Shown: positions 19,307-30,866 of the stretch, in pieces | How positions within the stretch are numbered: the first letter of the stretch is position 1 | Layout: the number at the start of each line of letters is the position of its first letter | DNA from: Turneriella sp. | Lineage (GTDB): Bacteria > Spirochaetota > Leptospiria > Turneriellales > Turneriellaceae | Direction: 5' to 3' | NCBI GenBank assembly: GCA_965279515.1 | Contig: CBDIID010000003.1 | Coordinates: 1,984,001 to 2,048,000 of the forward strand | DNA length: 64,000 nt | Notes under the pieces: generated by a model | Seen by the model: only the letters and a program-made list of their open reading frames with translations | What the model was told of the DNA's origin: nothing | Databases searched by the model: none | Made by a program: the position numbers and the translations under genes

Positions 19307-20085
19307 CAGAATGTCAGATCGGCGAGATCTTGCAGAGCGGCGACAATGTCGCTCTCGTCAGTGAGCGGTAAGATGACTGCCATACGGATGGCCAGCCGGG
19401 GAGGCAGATTTTTCTCCATGAGTTTAGCCGCCATGACCAAAAGGCGGGTTGAAACCGTCTCGGTGAGACCTAGTTCGGGGCGCGAACGTACCAAATTAGC
19501 AAATTTAACGAGTTTTGCTGCAACCGGATTGCCCACCCCAGTCTCCTGTTCCAAAATGCGCGCTTCTACCTCTGGCTTCGGGTAATGAAAATCGAGTGCA
19601 ATAAAACGCTGGCGTGTCGAAGGCTTGAGTTCCTTAAAGCTTTTTTGATATCCTGGATTAAAAGAAGCGACGAGCAGAAAATCCGGATGCGCCGGAAGCA
19701 CTTCATTGAGTCGCTCTATGTAGAGTTCGCGGCGGTGATCAGTCAGCGAATGCAACACGACCATCGTATCGGGCCGGGACTCCGCGATTTCATCAATATA
19801 CACAATCGCACCGGCACGCACCCCGCTGGTGAGTGGGCCATCCTGCCAAACAGTTTCGGAACCCCGAATCAAATGGCGCCCGACCAGGTCTACCGCTGAA
19901 GTCTCATCGTTACAGACAACCGTAATCAGCCGCCGCTTAAGGCGGTATGCCATTGCCTCGAGAAAGCGCGACTTACCCGACCCGGTTGGTCCCTTCAGGA
20001 GCAGCGGTAGTTTCTGGGCCGCCGCCGCTTCGAAGGCTTCAATCTCTTTCCCCGTTGGAAAATAGAACGGAGCTGCGCTACTCAA
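19306..20085 (-). CDS. norQ: MoxR-type AAA ATPase NorQ
   Basis: KGPTGSGKSRF, YIDEIAE, SFNPGYQ, LKPSTRQRF, STRLLV. Confidence 0.95.
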   Translation of the reverse strand: MSSAAPFYFPTGKEIEAFEAAAAQKLPLLLKGPTGSGKSRFLEAMAYRLKRRLITVVCNDETSAVDLVGRHLIRGSETVWQDGPLTSGVRAGAIVYIDEIAESRPDTMVVLHSLTDHRRELYIERLNEVLPAHPDFLLVASFNPGYQKSFKELKPSTRQRFIALDFHYPKPEVEARILEQETGVGNPVAAKLVKFANLVRSRPELGLTETVSTRLLVMAAKLMEKNLPPRLAIRMAVILPLTDESDIVAALQDLADLTF

Positions 20086-21422
20086 TCGGTATTAGCCCCG
20101 ATTGCTTCGTTCGATGGTCTGCCATGCCGCAGGAAATCATAGATAAACAGTAATATCCCGACAGTAAAGACGGTGGCTGCAAGCATCATGCCGATGAAGT
20201 GAACTTGTATCTCTTTCTGGACGGTCAGAAAATCCATCCCGAGCTTACGTTCAAGATAGACTTGGGTAATCCCGGCGACAGCAAGGGCTGAAGTCATTGC
20301 GACCATGCCGATGTTTGTGAACCAGAATGAGAGATAACCGCTGAGCCGATCGAAAAGTTTACGCCCCGTGAGTTGGGGCATTGCATAGATAATGAATGCG
20401 ATCACCAACATACCGTATGCCCCCCAGAACGCCATGTGACCATGCATAGCCGTAATCAGCGTACCGTGCGTCCATTTGTTAACCTGCGGCCATGTATGCG
20501 CAAAGCCCAGAAAACCGGCTCCGACAAAAGACATGATCGCGCAACCGAGGGTCCAGTAAAGTGCCAGTTTATTGGGATGATCTTTGCCTTTTTTCCGGTA
20601 CATATTGATGGCCCAGATTGCCATACCGAGAAACGCCAGCGGCTCCAGAGCTGAAAATATGCCACCGACCATGAGCCAATACTTCGGTGAACCGATCCAG
20701 TAGTAGTGATGTCCGGTTCCCAGAATTCCTGAAAGAAACGTTAAGCCCACAATTACGTAGAGCCATTTCTCTATTACCTCGCGATCGACGCCTGTCAGCT
20801 TGATGAGCAGAAAGGAAAGAATCGCACCCATAATCAGCTCCCACACCCCTTCTACCCAGAGGTGGACGACCCACCAGCGGAAATATGAGTCGAGAGTTTG
20901 ATTATCGAAATAAATCATGCCAGGAAGGTAAAGAAGTGCCGCGGCAAGCAGGCCAAAGAAAAAAACCAGCTGCGTTGTGCTATGCTTCTTAGCGTTCCAA
21001 ACTGTCATGCCGATCAGATAAAGAAATAGCAGTACGTTGGCGACGACGAGATAATCCAGAGGGCGGGGTATCTCAAGAAACTTTCTGCCTTCCCACCAGT
21101 TGAAGTGAAACCCGATAATTGCCGTAACTCCCACCACGACCCACGAAACCAGTTGCACCCAGGCAAGCTGGGGCATGTGCAGCTCGCTGTCCGACTCTTC
21201 TGGAATAATGTAATACGCTGCGCCCATAAAACCTGTGAGCAACCATACCACGAGTAGATTCGTATGTGTGGCACGCGCCGCATTGAAAGGGATATAATCA
21301 TGAAGACCGTCCATACCGATGCGCGCAAATCCCATGATAAAACCATAGGTAATCTGCAATACTATCAGCAATACTACAACGGCGAAAAACCAATACGCAA
21401 TTTTTTGTGATTTGAATTTCAT
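20082..21422 (-). CDS. norB: Cytochrome c-dependent nitric oxide reductase large subunit
   Basis: WWVVHLWVEGVWE, GTGHHYYWIG, HGHMAFWG. Confidence 0.97.
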   Translation of the reverse strand: MKFKSQKIAYWFFAVVVLLIVLQITYGFIMGFARIGMDGLHDYIPFNAARATHTNLLVVWLLTGFMGAAYYIIPEESDSELHMPQLAWVQLVSWVVVGVTAIIGFHFNWWEGRKFLEIPRPLDYLVVANVLLFLYLIGMTVWNAKKHSTTQLVFFFGLLAAALLYLPGMIYFDNQTLDSYFRWWVVHLWVEGVWELIMGAILSFLLIKLTGVDREVIEKWLYVIVGLTFLSGILGTGHHYYWIGSPKYWLMVGGIFSALEPLAFLGMAIWAINMYRKKGKDHPNKLALYWTLGCAIMSFVGAGFLGFAHTWPQVNKWTHGTLITAMHGHMAFWGAYGMLVIAFIIYAMPQLTGRKLFDRLSGYLSFWFTNIGMVAMTSALAVAGITQVYLERKLGMDFLTVQKEIQVHFIGMMLAATVFTVGILLFIYDFLRHGRPSNEAIGANTD

Positions 21423-21430
21423 GGTTCCTC

Positions 21431-22141
21431 CTATTTTTGTTGAACTAAATAACGCACGATACCTGCCCGTTCTACATCATTGAGCGGTAATTTTGGCATG
21501 GTAGTACCAGGCTTAACGCCCTGTGGGTCTTTGAGCCAGCGGTCCAGGTACGCGGCGTCATACTTGCCACCGACGCGGTCGAGCGCAGGCCCAACGACAC
21601 CGCCCTTACCTTGTAGCGAATGGCAGGCCGAACAAATCTCACCGAATTTTTTGGGTTGGCTCGCTGCGGCGAGGGATGCCGGAGTGAGTCCAGTCGCAGT
21701 TGCCTGACTTGCCGCCGAGGGAGCCACAATGTCCGGAGCGGGGGGCCAACCATTGGTATCAACTTCACCAATCCATTTGAAAAATGCGATGATATCGGAG
21801 ATTTCCTCTTCGGAAAAATTATATTTCACCATCTTACGCTCACCCGGGAACATGGCCTGAGGATCCTTTATGAAAGTCCGGATAAAGACTTCTCCCCGCT
21901 TTTGAAAAACCTTGGTGAGCTCGGGTGCGTAATAGGCCCCCTCACCGAGTAGCGTATGGCATCCCATACAATTATTCTTTTCCCAAAGATATTTACCGCG
22001 CTTTACCGCGTCGGACAAATTATGAGCATTTGTGCGCAAGTTATTTTGCCTTACCGTATCAACGGTTAACGCGATAAAAACGCCGCCGAAAAGCAGTGTA
22101 CCGCCCAGGAAAAAAGCCCGCGCCTGTGACTTTGAAAGCAT
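21431..22141 (-). CDS. norC: Nitric oxide reductase small subunit NorC with a second cytochrome c domain
   Basis: TM anchor, NCMGCHTLLGEGAYYAPEL, then Ala/Pro linker and CSACH...MP domain. Confidence 0.93.
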   Translation of the reverse strand: MLSKSQARAFFLGGTLLFGGVFIALTVDTVRQNNLRTNAHNLSDAVKRGKYLWEKNNCMGCHTLLGEGAYYAPELTKVFQKRGEVFIRTFIKDPQAMFPGERKMVKYNFSEEEISDIIAFFKWIGEVDTNGWPPAPDIVAPSAASQATATGLTPASLAAASQPKKFGEICSACHSLQGKGGVVGPALDRVGGKYDAAYLDRWLKDPQGVKPGTTMPKLPLNDVERAGIVRYLVQQK

Positions 22142-22203
22142 GCTAACCCCTTCAATCCAATTTGGATTGCGTCGGCTAATAACATGGTTCCGGCCATTAT
22201 GCC

Positions 22204-22217
22204 TTGATCTGAGTCAA
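22204..22217. promoter_or_regulatory. FNR/DNR/NnrR-type box upstream of norC
   Basis: TTGAT-CTGA-GTCAA, about 60 nt upstream of the norC start, the same spacing as at nirK. Confidence 0.85.
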
Positions 22218-22278
22218 GACAGGATATTTTTTTCAGGACGCCCGAGCACCGCTAGTTTGACAGTTATCTATCTATTTC

Positions 22279-23019
22279 TTAAATTCCAGTAATGCCGACT
22301 CTGGCCACTGTCTGGAGATTGCCAAGTTCGTCGCGACTGAGATATTTTACATAGTCACCGCTTACCCGCGTGTTCAGCCGGGCAAAACGCAGCGATGTCT
22401 GTGCATGCTGCACCACCTGCATGACGAGTTTAAAATGCTGCGGAAAAATTAAAAAATGTTCCGCAATCTGCACCGATAAACTGCGCACCCCCGAAATAAT
22501 TTTCACACCGGCAGAAATCGACGATAACACCTGCGCTGCGCTGGTATTGTTGGGTATGCCCGAAAGGTCGATCTGCAGCGTCGCGTCCTGGTCTTGCCAG
22601 ATGCGTGAGGTAAACGGGTGCTGGCGTTTGTCGATAATTTCTGACACGGGGATGCCCAACGCGCCGCAGATTTTTTCGAGCAGCTGCTGCTCGTTCACCG
22701 GCTTCGTCAGGTACCCCGCCGCCTTGAGTTCTTTCACGCGCAGCACCGCTTCTTTGTCCGTGCGCGCGCTGGCGATGAGTACCGGAATTTTCAGATCAGA
22801 GGTACGCCGCATGCTTTCGAGAATCGTAAAACCGTCGACGTTCGGCATCATCAGATCGAGGATAATCAGGTCGTAGCTATTTTCGCGCAGCTTGACCGGG
22901 GCTTCGCGGCCGTCTTCGATATGCGTGACGGTAAAATTGTAGCGGCCCAGATACTGCGAGACAATCTCGGCAGTGACAGCTTCATCTTCGATAAACAAAA
23001 TGCGATAGACACGGATCAT
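22279..23019 (-). CDS. Response regulator (REC plus unrecognised C-terminal domain)
   Basis: LFIEDE, ILDLMMPNVDG, YLTKP. Confidence 0.88.
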   Translation of the reverse strand: MIRVYRILFIEDEAVTAEIVSQYLGRYNFTVTHIEDGREAPVKLRENSYDLIILDLMMPNVDGFTILESMRRTSDLKIPVLIASARTDKEAVLRVKELKAAGYLTKPVNEQQLLEKICGALGIPVSEIIDKRQHPFTSRIWQDQDATLQIDLSGIPNNTSAAQVLSSISAGVKIISGVRSLSVQIAEHFLIFPQHFKLVMQVVQHAQTSLRFARLNTRVSGDYVKYLSRDELGNLQTVARVGITGI

Positions 23020-23105
23020 GGCTACGCTTTTGGCTGAGCCGGGGCGTTTATAAGGAGGTCAATCTATTTCCGGCACCGCTGCTCGACTCCCTGGATCAGA
23101 GAATT

Positions 23106-24716
23106 TCAACCGCTCTTGTCGTTACTATCCGGGTCAACCCACTGCAGTTTATAGAGGTCAAGCCTGCGGTCGCGCATGTTGCGGACGCTACCCTCGGTGC
23201 GAATCTCTTTCAGCAGCTCGAGGTTGAGGTCGGCAATCAGCGTCATTTCCGTATTCGGTATCGCCTCGGCGATCATCGCGTCCTGAGGGAATGAAATATC
23301 CGACGGCGTAAACACGGCGGATTGCGCGTACTGGATGTCCATGTTTTCGACATTCGGTAAATTACCCACGTTGCCAGAAATCACGACATAACACTCGTTC
23401 TCCACCGCGCGCGCCATCGCGCAGTGCCGCACGCGCAGAAACGCGTTTTTGGTGTCGGTCGAGAATGGCACGAATAAGATATTGATCCCCCTTTCAGCGA
23501 GAATGCGCGGCAGCTCGGGAAACTCCACATCATAGCAGATGAGGATGCCTATTTTACCCGCGTCAGTTTCAAAAACGCTGAGTCTGTTACCGCCGCGGAA
23601 ACCCCAGTAGTCTTCTTCGCTCGGCGTGAGATGAATTTTGTCTTGCTGGTCCCAGGTGCCGTCGCGGCGGCAGAGAATGGAGATATTGTAGAGACTATCA
23701 TCGCGCATTTCGGGCATGCTGCCAGCAATGATGTTGATGTTATACGAAAGGGCAAGACCCATGAATTCCTCGCGCAGCCTGTCGGTTTGCGCCGCGAGCA
23801 TGCGCATCGCGTCCGAGGGTTTTTCTTTGTTGTACGGCGCTAGCAGCGGTGCGTTGAAAAGCTCGGGAAAAACGATAAAATCCGCCTTATACCCTGAAAC
23901 CGCGTCGACAAAAAACTCGACCTGCTTTAAAAACTCCTCCACCGAAGCGACGGTGCGCATCTGCCATTGAACGACGCCGACACGCACCACCGATTTATCC
24001 GCACCGACCAGCGCATCCTTTTCCGTATAATAAATATTAATCCACTCGAGCAGAATGGCAAAGTTTGCCTTCTGCGCAATGCTAGGCCAGTAGTTCGTCA
24101 GTATCTTACGCACGTGAAATCCGTTCGCCATCTGGAATGTCAGAACCGGGTCGTAGATTTTCTTTTCTTTTACTTGCTCGATATAGGCCTGCGGCGGCAT
24201 CTGATCCGATAGCGCCGGAAATCCGGGCATCCAGCCGCCTGCAACGATGCGTTTGAGGTTGAGACTCTGGCAGAGCTCCTTGCGTGCATCGTAGAGACGG
24301 CGCCCTAGCCTCAATCCACGAAAATCGGGGTCGACAAAGACGTCGACGCCATAGAGCGTATCGCCGTCGGCTTCGTGGTTAGTGATAAATCCGCCGTCGG
24401 TAATTTTTTCATACGTGTGTAAATCGGTGTATTTGTCGTAGTTGACGATGAGGGCAAGGGCACACGCGATGACCCTGCCCTTATCCTCAATGCAGAGTTG
24501 TCCCTCGGGGAATTTGGCAAGCATTGAGAGAAATTGTTCCTGACGCCACGCCCCCCCCACGTTATGGTAAACTTTTGCCGACATTTCGCTCACATAGTGA
24601 TAGTCATCGGCCCTTAATTGTCGCAGTTCCAGCTTGTGCTTCCCCGTCCGGGGCTTGCGCTGCACAGCCTTCCGTTGCGACTTCTGTGGTACGTCTGTGG
24701 CGGTAACCTTTTCCAT
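23106..24716 (-). CDS. Bifunctional GNAT acetyltransferase / carbon-nitrogen hydrolase
   Basis: VDPDFRGLRLGRRL (GNAT motif A); FPELF, KIHLTP, ICYDVEFPE (E-K-C triad). Confidence 0.93.
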   Translation of the reverse strand: MEKVTATDVPQKSQRKAVQRKPRTGKHKLELRQLRADDYHYVSEMSAKVYHNVGGAWRQEQFLSMLAKFPEGQLCIEDKGRVIACALALIVNYDKYTDLHTYEKITDGGFITNHEADGDTLYGVDVFVDPDFRGLRLGRRLYDARKELCQSLNLKRIVAGGWMPGFPALSDQMPPQAYIEQVKEKKIYDPVLTFQMANGFHVRKILTNYWPSIAQKANFAILLEWINIYYTEKDALVGADKSVVRVGVVQWQMRTVASVEEFLKQVEFFVDAVSGYKADFIVFPELFNAPLLAPYNKEKPSDAMRMLAAQTDRLREEFMGLALSYNINIIAGSMPEMRDDSLYNISILCRRDGTWDQQDKIHLTPSEEDYWGFRGGNRLSVFETDAGKIGILICYDVEFPELPRILAERGINILFVPFSTDTKNAFLRVRHCAMARAVENECYVVISGNVGNLPNVENMDIQYAQSAVFTPSDISFPQDAMIAEAIPNTEMTLIADLNLELLKEIRTEGSVRNMRDRRLDLYKLQWVDPDSNDKSG

Positions 24717-24825
24717 AAACAGGCTTAATATATGTGAGGCGAGGCCGCCGCCAAGTAATAATTTTAATAGTCTTTGGGGCGGCGCATCCCAACCCGGATA
24801 TTAGGCCCATTACTACTTTACATAG

Positions 24826-26135
<1,310 letters not shown>

Positions 26136-26136
<1 letters not shown>

Positions 26137-26684
26137 TGGACCGCCTGCGCACTATCGTCGGGCAGGTTACCACGCACCGGGCATTTATGCCCGTGGCGAT
26201 TACTGTGATTGCCCTGACGCTCGGTGTGCTCTTTGCCTTCGAACACTCGCGCAACCTGCTCAAGGTGCGCGGGCCATACCTGCTGATACTCGCGGCGATT
26301 ATCACGTTTCCGGTTTTTGCCTTCCGCTTTTTTGATCCGCACGAAGATTCACGGCCGATCGGCAGTTATTTTGTACTCGTCGCGATCTATTACATCATGC
26401 TGGGTTCACCTGATTTTGTGGCATTCTTCCGTATGGTGCTCTTCGAGCGGATGCCCCCCGGTACTATCAAACAGCTGCTCTTCGGGCTGGCGGCGTTTGG
26501 TGCGCTGGCGGGCGGCCTGCATTATGCGCTGAGAATCTGGCTTCCGGATGTCGATTCAGGTAAAAGATTTCTGGCGATTTCCGGGTTGAAGTTTTTTGTC
26601 TACGCGCTACTCCACGTCATTTACCTCAACCTGTTCGTCGCGATTGCGCGCGAGAAGTTCGGGATTACGACGGTGTTTTCATAA
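26136..26684 (+). CDS. Hypothetical integral membrane protein
   Basis: About five hydrophobic helices; start overlaps the eno stop (TAATG). Confidence 0.7.
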
Positions 26685-26845
26685 ACCTCTCCGAAACGGA
26701 GAAGCAGCCATGGGCGTCGGTAATCGAGAGACCAACGACCGCGCTTGATTTTGTGAGCGGTAGCTGCCCAAACATGCCTTTGGCACACTGCCAGAACATA
26801 CTAGCAGCAAAACTGGCCAAAGTTAGTTCGAAGAACACACAAATT

Positions 26846-27340
26846 TCAACGCCATGGCTGAATGTCGCCTGAAGGTTCTATCGCTGAGCCGCCTACGGAT
26901 GTGTAGATCCGTGCGACGTTGCTGTATTCTAGCAGAAAATCGATAGAATAAGATTGAGGCTCATTGGCCACAACGAGTATCGGACAAGCTTGACCTTTCA
27001 GGGAGAGTACCGCGGAACTCTTGAATGTTGGCGCAAGCATATCTGCCGTTTTCATATCCACGTGCGGCGGAAATTTCACTTTCAGCGGCTCTACAGAAAG
27101 GACTATGCCTTGCTTGTCTACGGAAACACGCGTTGCGACGACGGCTTGTTCGACGAAATCTTTTGCAAACTCAGGAAAATTCTGCCGTGCACATTTTGCC
27201 AGGTTCGGAACCAGGTTACCTTTCGTGTCGCGGATGTAGTCAGGGTGGGTTGTTTTGCATGCAATGCTTGCGAAAAACAATACGGCGGTTAATCCGGTTG
27301 CCGTACACACGGCTACGTTTCTTTGATATTTACCTTTCAT
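26846..27340 (-). CDS. Hypothetical lipoprotein, weakly TonB C-terminal-like
   Basis: Lipobox-like SIAC; FPEFAK...VATRVSVDKQGIVLSV resembles the TonB_C pattern. Confidence 0.55.
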   Translation of the reverse strand: MKGKYQRNVAVCTATGLTAVLFFASIACKTTHPDYIRDTKGNLVPNLAKCARQNFPEFAKDFVEQAVVATRVSVDKQGIVLSVEPLKVKFPPHVDMKTADMLAPTFKSSAVLSLKGQACPILVVANEPQSYSIDFLLEYSNVARIYTSVGGSAIEPSGDIQPWR

Positions 27341-27352
27341 TTCTCGCTAAGC

Positions 27353-27574
27353 CTAGCAGTTTTTCTCCAAAGGGTATCCGAACAAAGCATAAACCTCATC
27401 TAATTCGTTTGTACCAATTTTCAGTTTTTCTCTTTTCGAAAAATCATAGTTACCACGATAGTCGCTGAAAGTGCTTATGAACAAATAACCGGATGTTTTT
27501 CCGGTTTTTGCTATGCGCGTGCAAATTGAAAGAGTAATATCGAGAAGCAAGAATTTCTTAGCGTTTTGCCGCAT
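27353..27574 (-). pseudogene. Possible truncated SmpA/BamE-like gene remnant
   Basis: LKIGTNELDEVYALFGYP resembles the l..G.t..eV...lG.P motif but a stop follows five codons later; AT-rich context. Confidence 0.3.
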
Positions 27575-27831
27575 TTTATGCCGTCCTTGAATTTAAGCAT
27601 TTCAAAGTTGATTTAACCCCGCCTCGTTTTCCCTCAATCCAATAACGTTCGCCCTGATGTCGTTTGGTCTACCCCCCAAGATCGGCAATACTGCTCAGCC
27701 GGGTTAGACCAGCTTTCTACCAAAATTCCTTCTCAATGATCTCAGGCACTGTTCCCGTTCCTGAGCGAAGGTCAGAAGCTAGCCCACCCATCATTAACTG
27801 GCTGCATTTTCTCCTCAGTCACTCCGTAAAT

Positions 27832-28491
27832 TCAAAGAGGGGTCTTAAACTTCTCCGCCTCTTCCTTACGCCATTGGGCGATCTTTGCATGATTGCCCGA
27901 TAAGAGAACCTCGGGCACCTTATGCCCACGCCACTCTTCGGGGCGTGTATATTGAGCGTGCTCGAAACTTTCACCGTCGTCGAATGATTCGTGACTCAGC
28001 GAATCGGCATTGCCCATAAAGCCCGGCTGCTTGCGTGCCAGCGCATCAATCACGGTTAAAGCTGCCACTTCGCCGCCTGAGAGCACAAAGTTACCGATGC
28101 GCAGGCTTTCATCGGCGACATGGTGGGCGACGCGTTCGTCGACGCCCTCATAGTGACCGCAGATAAAAGTAAGATTTTGGTGCGCGGTGTATTCGCGCAC
28201 GACATCGCTGTTGAAAAGTCGTCCGCGCGCCGAAAGCAGAACAACCCGCGTCGCTGCGTCTTTTTCTTTTATCGCCTCAACCGCAAGCGCGATGGGTTCG
28301 ACCATCATTACCATGCCGGCACCGCCGCCGTAAGGGCTATCATCTACCTTCTTGTGTTTGCTCAAGGTGTATTCGCGGGGATTGATAAAGTTGACTTTGA
28401 CAATGCCCGCCTGAACCGCCTTGCCTAACAGCGAGGCCCTGAGCGGGCTTTCAAAGAATTCGGGGAACAGCGTGACGACGTTGATCGTCAC
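27832..28491 (-). CDS. trmD: tRNA (guanine37-N1)-methyltransferase
   Basis: VTLFPE, VDDSPYGGGAGMVM, CGHYEGVDER, QYTRP, VPEVLLSGNHA. Confidence 0.98.
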   Translation of the reverse strand: MTINVVTLFPEFFESPLRASLLGKAVQAGIVKVNFINPREYTLSKHKKVDDSPYGGGAGMVMMVEPIALAVEAIKEKDAATRVVLLSARGRLFNSDVVREYTAHQNLTFICGHYEGVDERVAHHVADESLRIGNFVLSGGEVAALTVIDALARKQPGFMGNADSLSHESFDDGESFEHAQYTRPEEWRGHKVPEVLLSGNHAKIAQWRKEEAEKFKTPL

Positions 28492-29366
28492 GCAGCGTGT
28501 GTTGTTTCACGGCGCGCCATGTAGCGGAACAGCAGGCTCACGAGCACCGAGTCAATGACAATGAACACCGCATAGAGCAGGGGGAGCAACAAGGTCTCAC
28601 GCTGCTGCGCCGCGGGGAAGCTGGCAATGATCAGCGCCATCGTCATCGGCGTATTCTGGATACCCGTTTCGAGAGCAACCGTGCGGCTCTGTTTCGGGGT
28701 CAGGCCCGTAAAAAAACCGGCCCAGTAACCAAAAAGAAATCCCACGATACCCAAAAGAACCGCCGAGGCAAAGATGCTGAGCGGTGCTTCTTTGAGTACC
28801 TGCGTGTTACGGTAAAAGAACTCGCCGAGCAGAAAGATGATCACAATCGACCCCGCCCAGCCGCCGATCTTTTCGCAGATCTGCGCGGCGCGGTGGTTCT
28901 TTTTGCGGATATACATGCCGATGATGACGGGAATCAGCATGATAATCAGCGACGACACGATGTTTCCATAAGGCAGCGGAAACTTTGTCTGGCCATAAGC
29001 CGAGCCATAGATCAGCAGCAAGAGCGGCATCATGACAATCGCGCCGAGTGTCGACGCTGTGGTCATGGATATGCTGAGTGCGACATCCCCCTTGGCATAA
29101 TAGCTGAAGAGATTCGATGTCGTGCCCCCGGGCGTGCAACCCACGAGAATCAGCGACATCGCCACGACATCGGGCAGTTGGAAAAGTTTCGCCAGCGCAA
29201 ACGCGAGCGCGGGCATGATACCGAACTGTGAGAGAAAGCCGATGATGAGTGCCTTGGGTTTTTTCAGCGCGCGCGCGAAGTCTGCCCAGGTGAGTGTCGC
29301 GCCCATGCCGAACATGAGCACGAAAATCATAACAGCGAGGCCGATTTTTTCTATGGAGGTCAGCAT
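28488..29366 (-). CDS. Bile acid:sodium symporter family transporter
   Basis: MFGMG, QFGIMP, PGGTTSN, GDVALS, ETGIQN. Confidence 0.93.
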   Translation of the reverse strand: MLTSIEKIGLAVMIFVLMFGMGATLTWADFARALKKPKALIIGFLSQFGIMPALAFALAKLFQLPDVVAMSLILVGCTPGGTTSNLFSYYAKGDVALSISMTTASTLGAIVMMPLLLLIYGSAYGQTKFPLPYGNIVSSLIIMLIPVIIGMYIRKKNHRAAQICEKIGGWAGSIVIIFLLGEFFYRNTQVLKEAPLSIFASAVLLGIVGFLFGYWAGFFTGLTPKQSRTVALETGIQNTPMTMALIIASFPAAQQRETLLLPLLYAVFIVIDSVLVSLLFRYMARRETTHAA

Positions 29367-29367
29367 A

Positions 29368-29865
29368 TTATTTGGGTTTGGTTACGTTCGCGGGAAAGCG
29401 GCCTGAATAGTTGCCGGGCGGCTGGTAGTTACAGACCACATAGGTGCCGCCGTTTGCAGATTTCGCCGAACCGCAGCCGATCTCTTTCGTATCTTTCCAG
29501 ACGACCTGCGTGAAGTGGCCGGTATCCATGCTGAAGCCGGGGCGGTCAAAGTGATAATCTTTGATCTCGTCGTACCATGAATCGGCGACCATAACGCCGG
29601 TCGCTTCCATCCCTGAGATCCAGAAGATGTTCTCGCCATACTTGTTGGGCTGGCGGTGGCGCATGTTGTCTTGCGCGGCGATCGTCTTCGCCCAGTCCTG
29701 AGCGACTTTCTCTACCGCTGCGCTCCACTTCAGCGGTGGCGCATCGTGTTTTGCGCGCAACTCGTTATGGCGCGTCAAAATGCTTTTCTGAAAAGGCGAT
29801 GTGTTTTCGGCGAGAGTAGCCAGCGTCAGAAGCAGCGCCGCGGGAATTAGAATCTTTTTTATCAT
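29368..29865 (-). CDS. CAP (SCP/PR-1) domain secreted protein
   Basis: HNELRAKH, YGENI, TGHFTQVVWK, YVVCNY.PPGN; signal peptide from MIKK. Confidence 0.93.
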   Translation of the reverse strand: MIKKILIPAALLLTLATLAENTSPFQKSILTRHNELRAKHDAPPLKWSAAVEKVAQDWAKTIAAQDNMRHRQPNKYGENIFWISGMEATGVMVADSWYDEIKDYHFDRPGFSMDTGHFTQVVWKDTKEIGCGSAKSANGGTYVVCNYQPPGNYSGRFPANVTKPK

Positions 29866-29928
29866 AGCGTAACCGACAGAACACGTCCGGTCGCGCATGG
29901 TGTAAATCGCCTTTTCGGGCGGGGGAAC

Positions 29929-30534
29929 TTACGCTTCGGTAAAGATGCGCCACTCGGCAAGAGTCACCCGGTTACCGGGTAGATCCAACTGCTGCCAATG
30001 CGGGTATTCGAGGGGGATTTCCAGCGGCGCGGCAAGCATCGCCTCGCCCGCCGCGGGTTCTATGACAACTGTGGTGTTGAGGCCCAGATCTTCGACCGCG
30101 GCGATGTGACCGATATTTTTTTGGGTGTCGGCATCAGTTACGACAAGCCCTAAGAGTTCAAAATACCAAAGGTCGGTCATGGCCGGAACTTTACCGCCGC
30201 GTTCTTTTATGACCAAGGCGCGCAACTCTGCGAGCGGCGCGGCGAGATAAAAGTTGGTGAGGGCAGCCGCGGCATCGCGGTCTTGAATTTCGCTGAATTG
30301 CACACGCGTGATCTCGCCTTTCGCGGGCTCGGTGCGGCTAAGGGTGAAATCCCCCTTTGTTGCATAGTCGGTGAGTGTGCCGCCCGCTTCACCGAGGGGC
30401 TTGCAGACACAGACCTTCTTGCCGGCCCAGTGACGCAAGTGTGCACCGGCCTGGCCAACGGAAAGAGCGCCGCGCACGCCATGCGGCCTGCCTAAACGTG
30501 CGAGAGCAACCAAGGGTTCTTTCGCTTCACTCAT
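29929..30534 (-). CDS. rimM: 16S rRNA processing protein RimM (divergent)
   Basis: RLGRPHGVRG, DRDAAAALT, WYFELLGLVV; position after rpsP-khpA. Confidence 0.85.
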   Translation of the reverse strand: MSEAKEPLVALARLGRPHGVRGALSVGQAGAHLRHWAGKKVCVCKPLGEAGGTLTDYATKGDFTLSRTEPAKGEITRVQFSEIQDRDAAAALTNFYLAAPLAELRALVIKERGGKVPAMTDLWYFELLGLVVTDADTQKNIGHIAAVEDLGLNTTVVIEPAAGEAMLAAPLEIPLEYPHWQQLDLPGNRVTLAEWRIFTEA

Positions 30535-30569
30535 ATGGATTGATTTTTGGGGAAAGCTTCCCCTAGGGA

Positions 30570-30866
30570 CTAGTTTTCGTCTACGATTTCCAGAAGGATC
30601 TTCTGGTAGCGCTCTTCGCGGCCGTCGTCGAGAATGATTTTTTTGATCGAGATGGCGTTCAGGAGCACGCGCACAGCTTTCGCGATGCGGCCGCCTTTGC
30701 CGATGATCATGCCGATATCGTCTTTGTTGACGCGCAGCTCAAGAATCAGCGACGCCGGGCTTTTCACCGGCAGCACCTGCACATCGTCGGGGTTGCGCAC
30801 AAGGCTGCGCGCGATGAACTCGACGAGAGATGCGGGGTCTGAGTTGCGCTCGGCGGTCGTTTCCAT
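30570..30866 (-). CDS. khpA: KH domain RNA-binding protein
   Basis: LVEFIARSLV.NPDDV, DIGMIIGKGGR (GxxG). Confidence 0.92.
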   Translation of the reverse strand: METTAERNSDPASLVEFIARSLVRNPDDVQVLPVKSPASLILELRVNKDDIGMIIGKGGRIAKAVRVLLNAISIKKIILDDGREERYQKILLEIVDEN

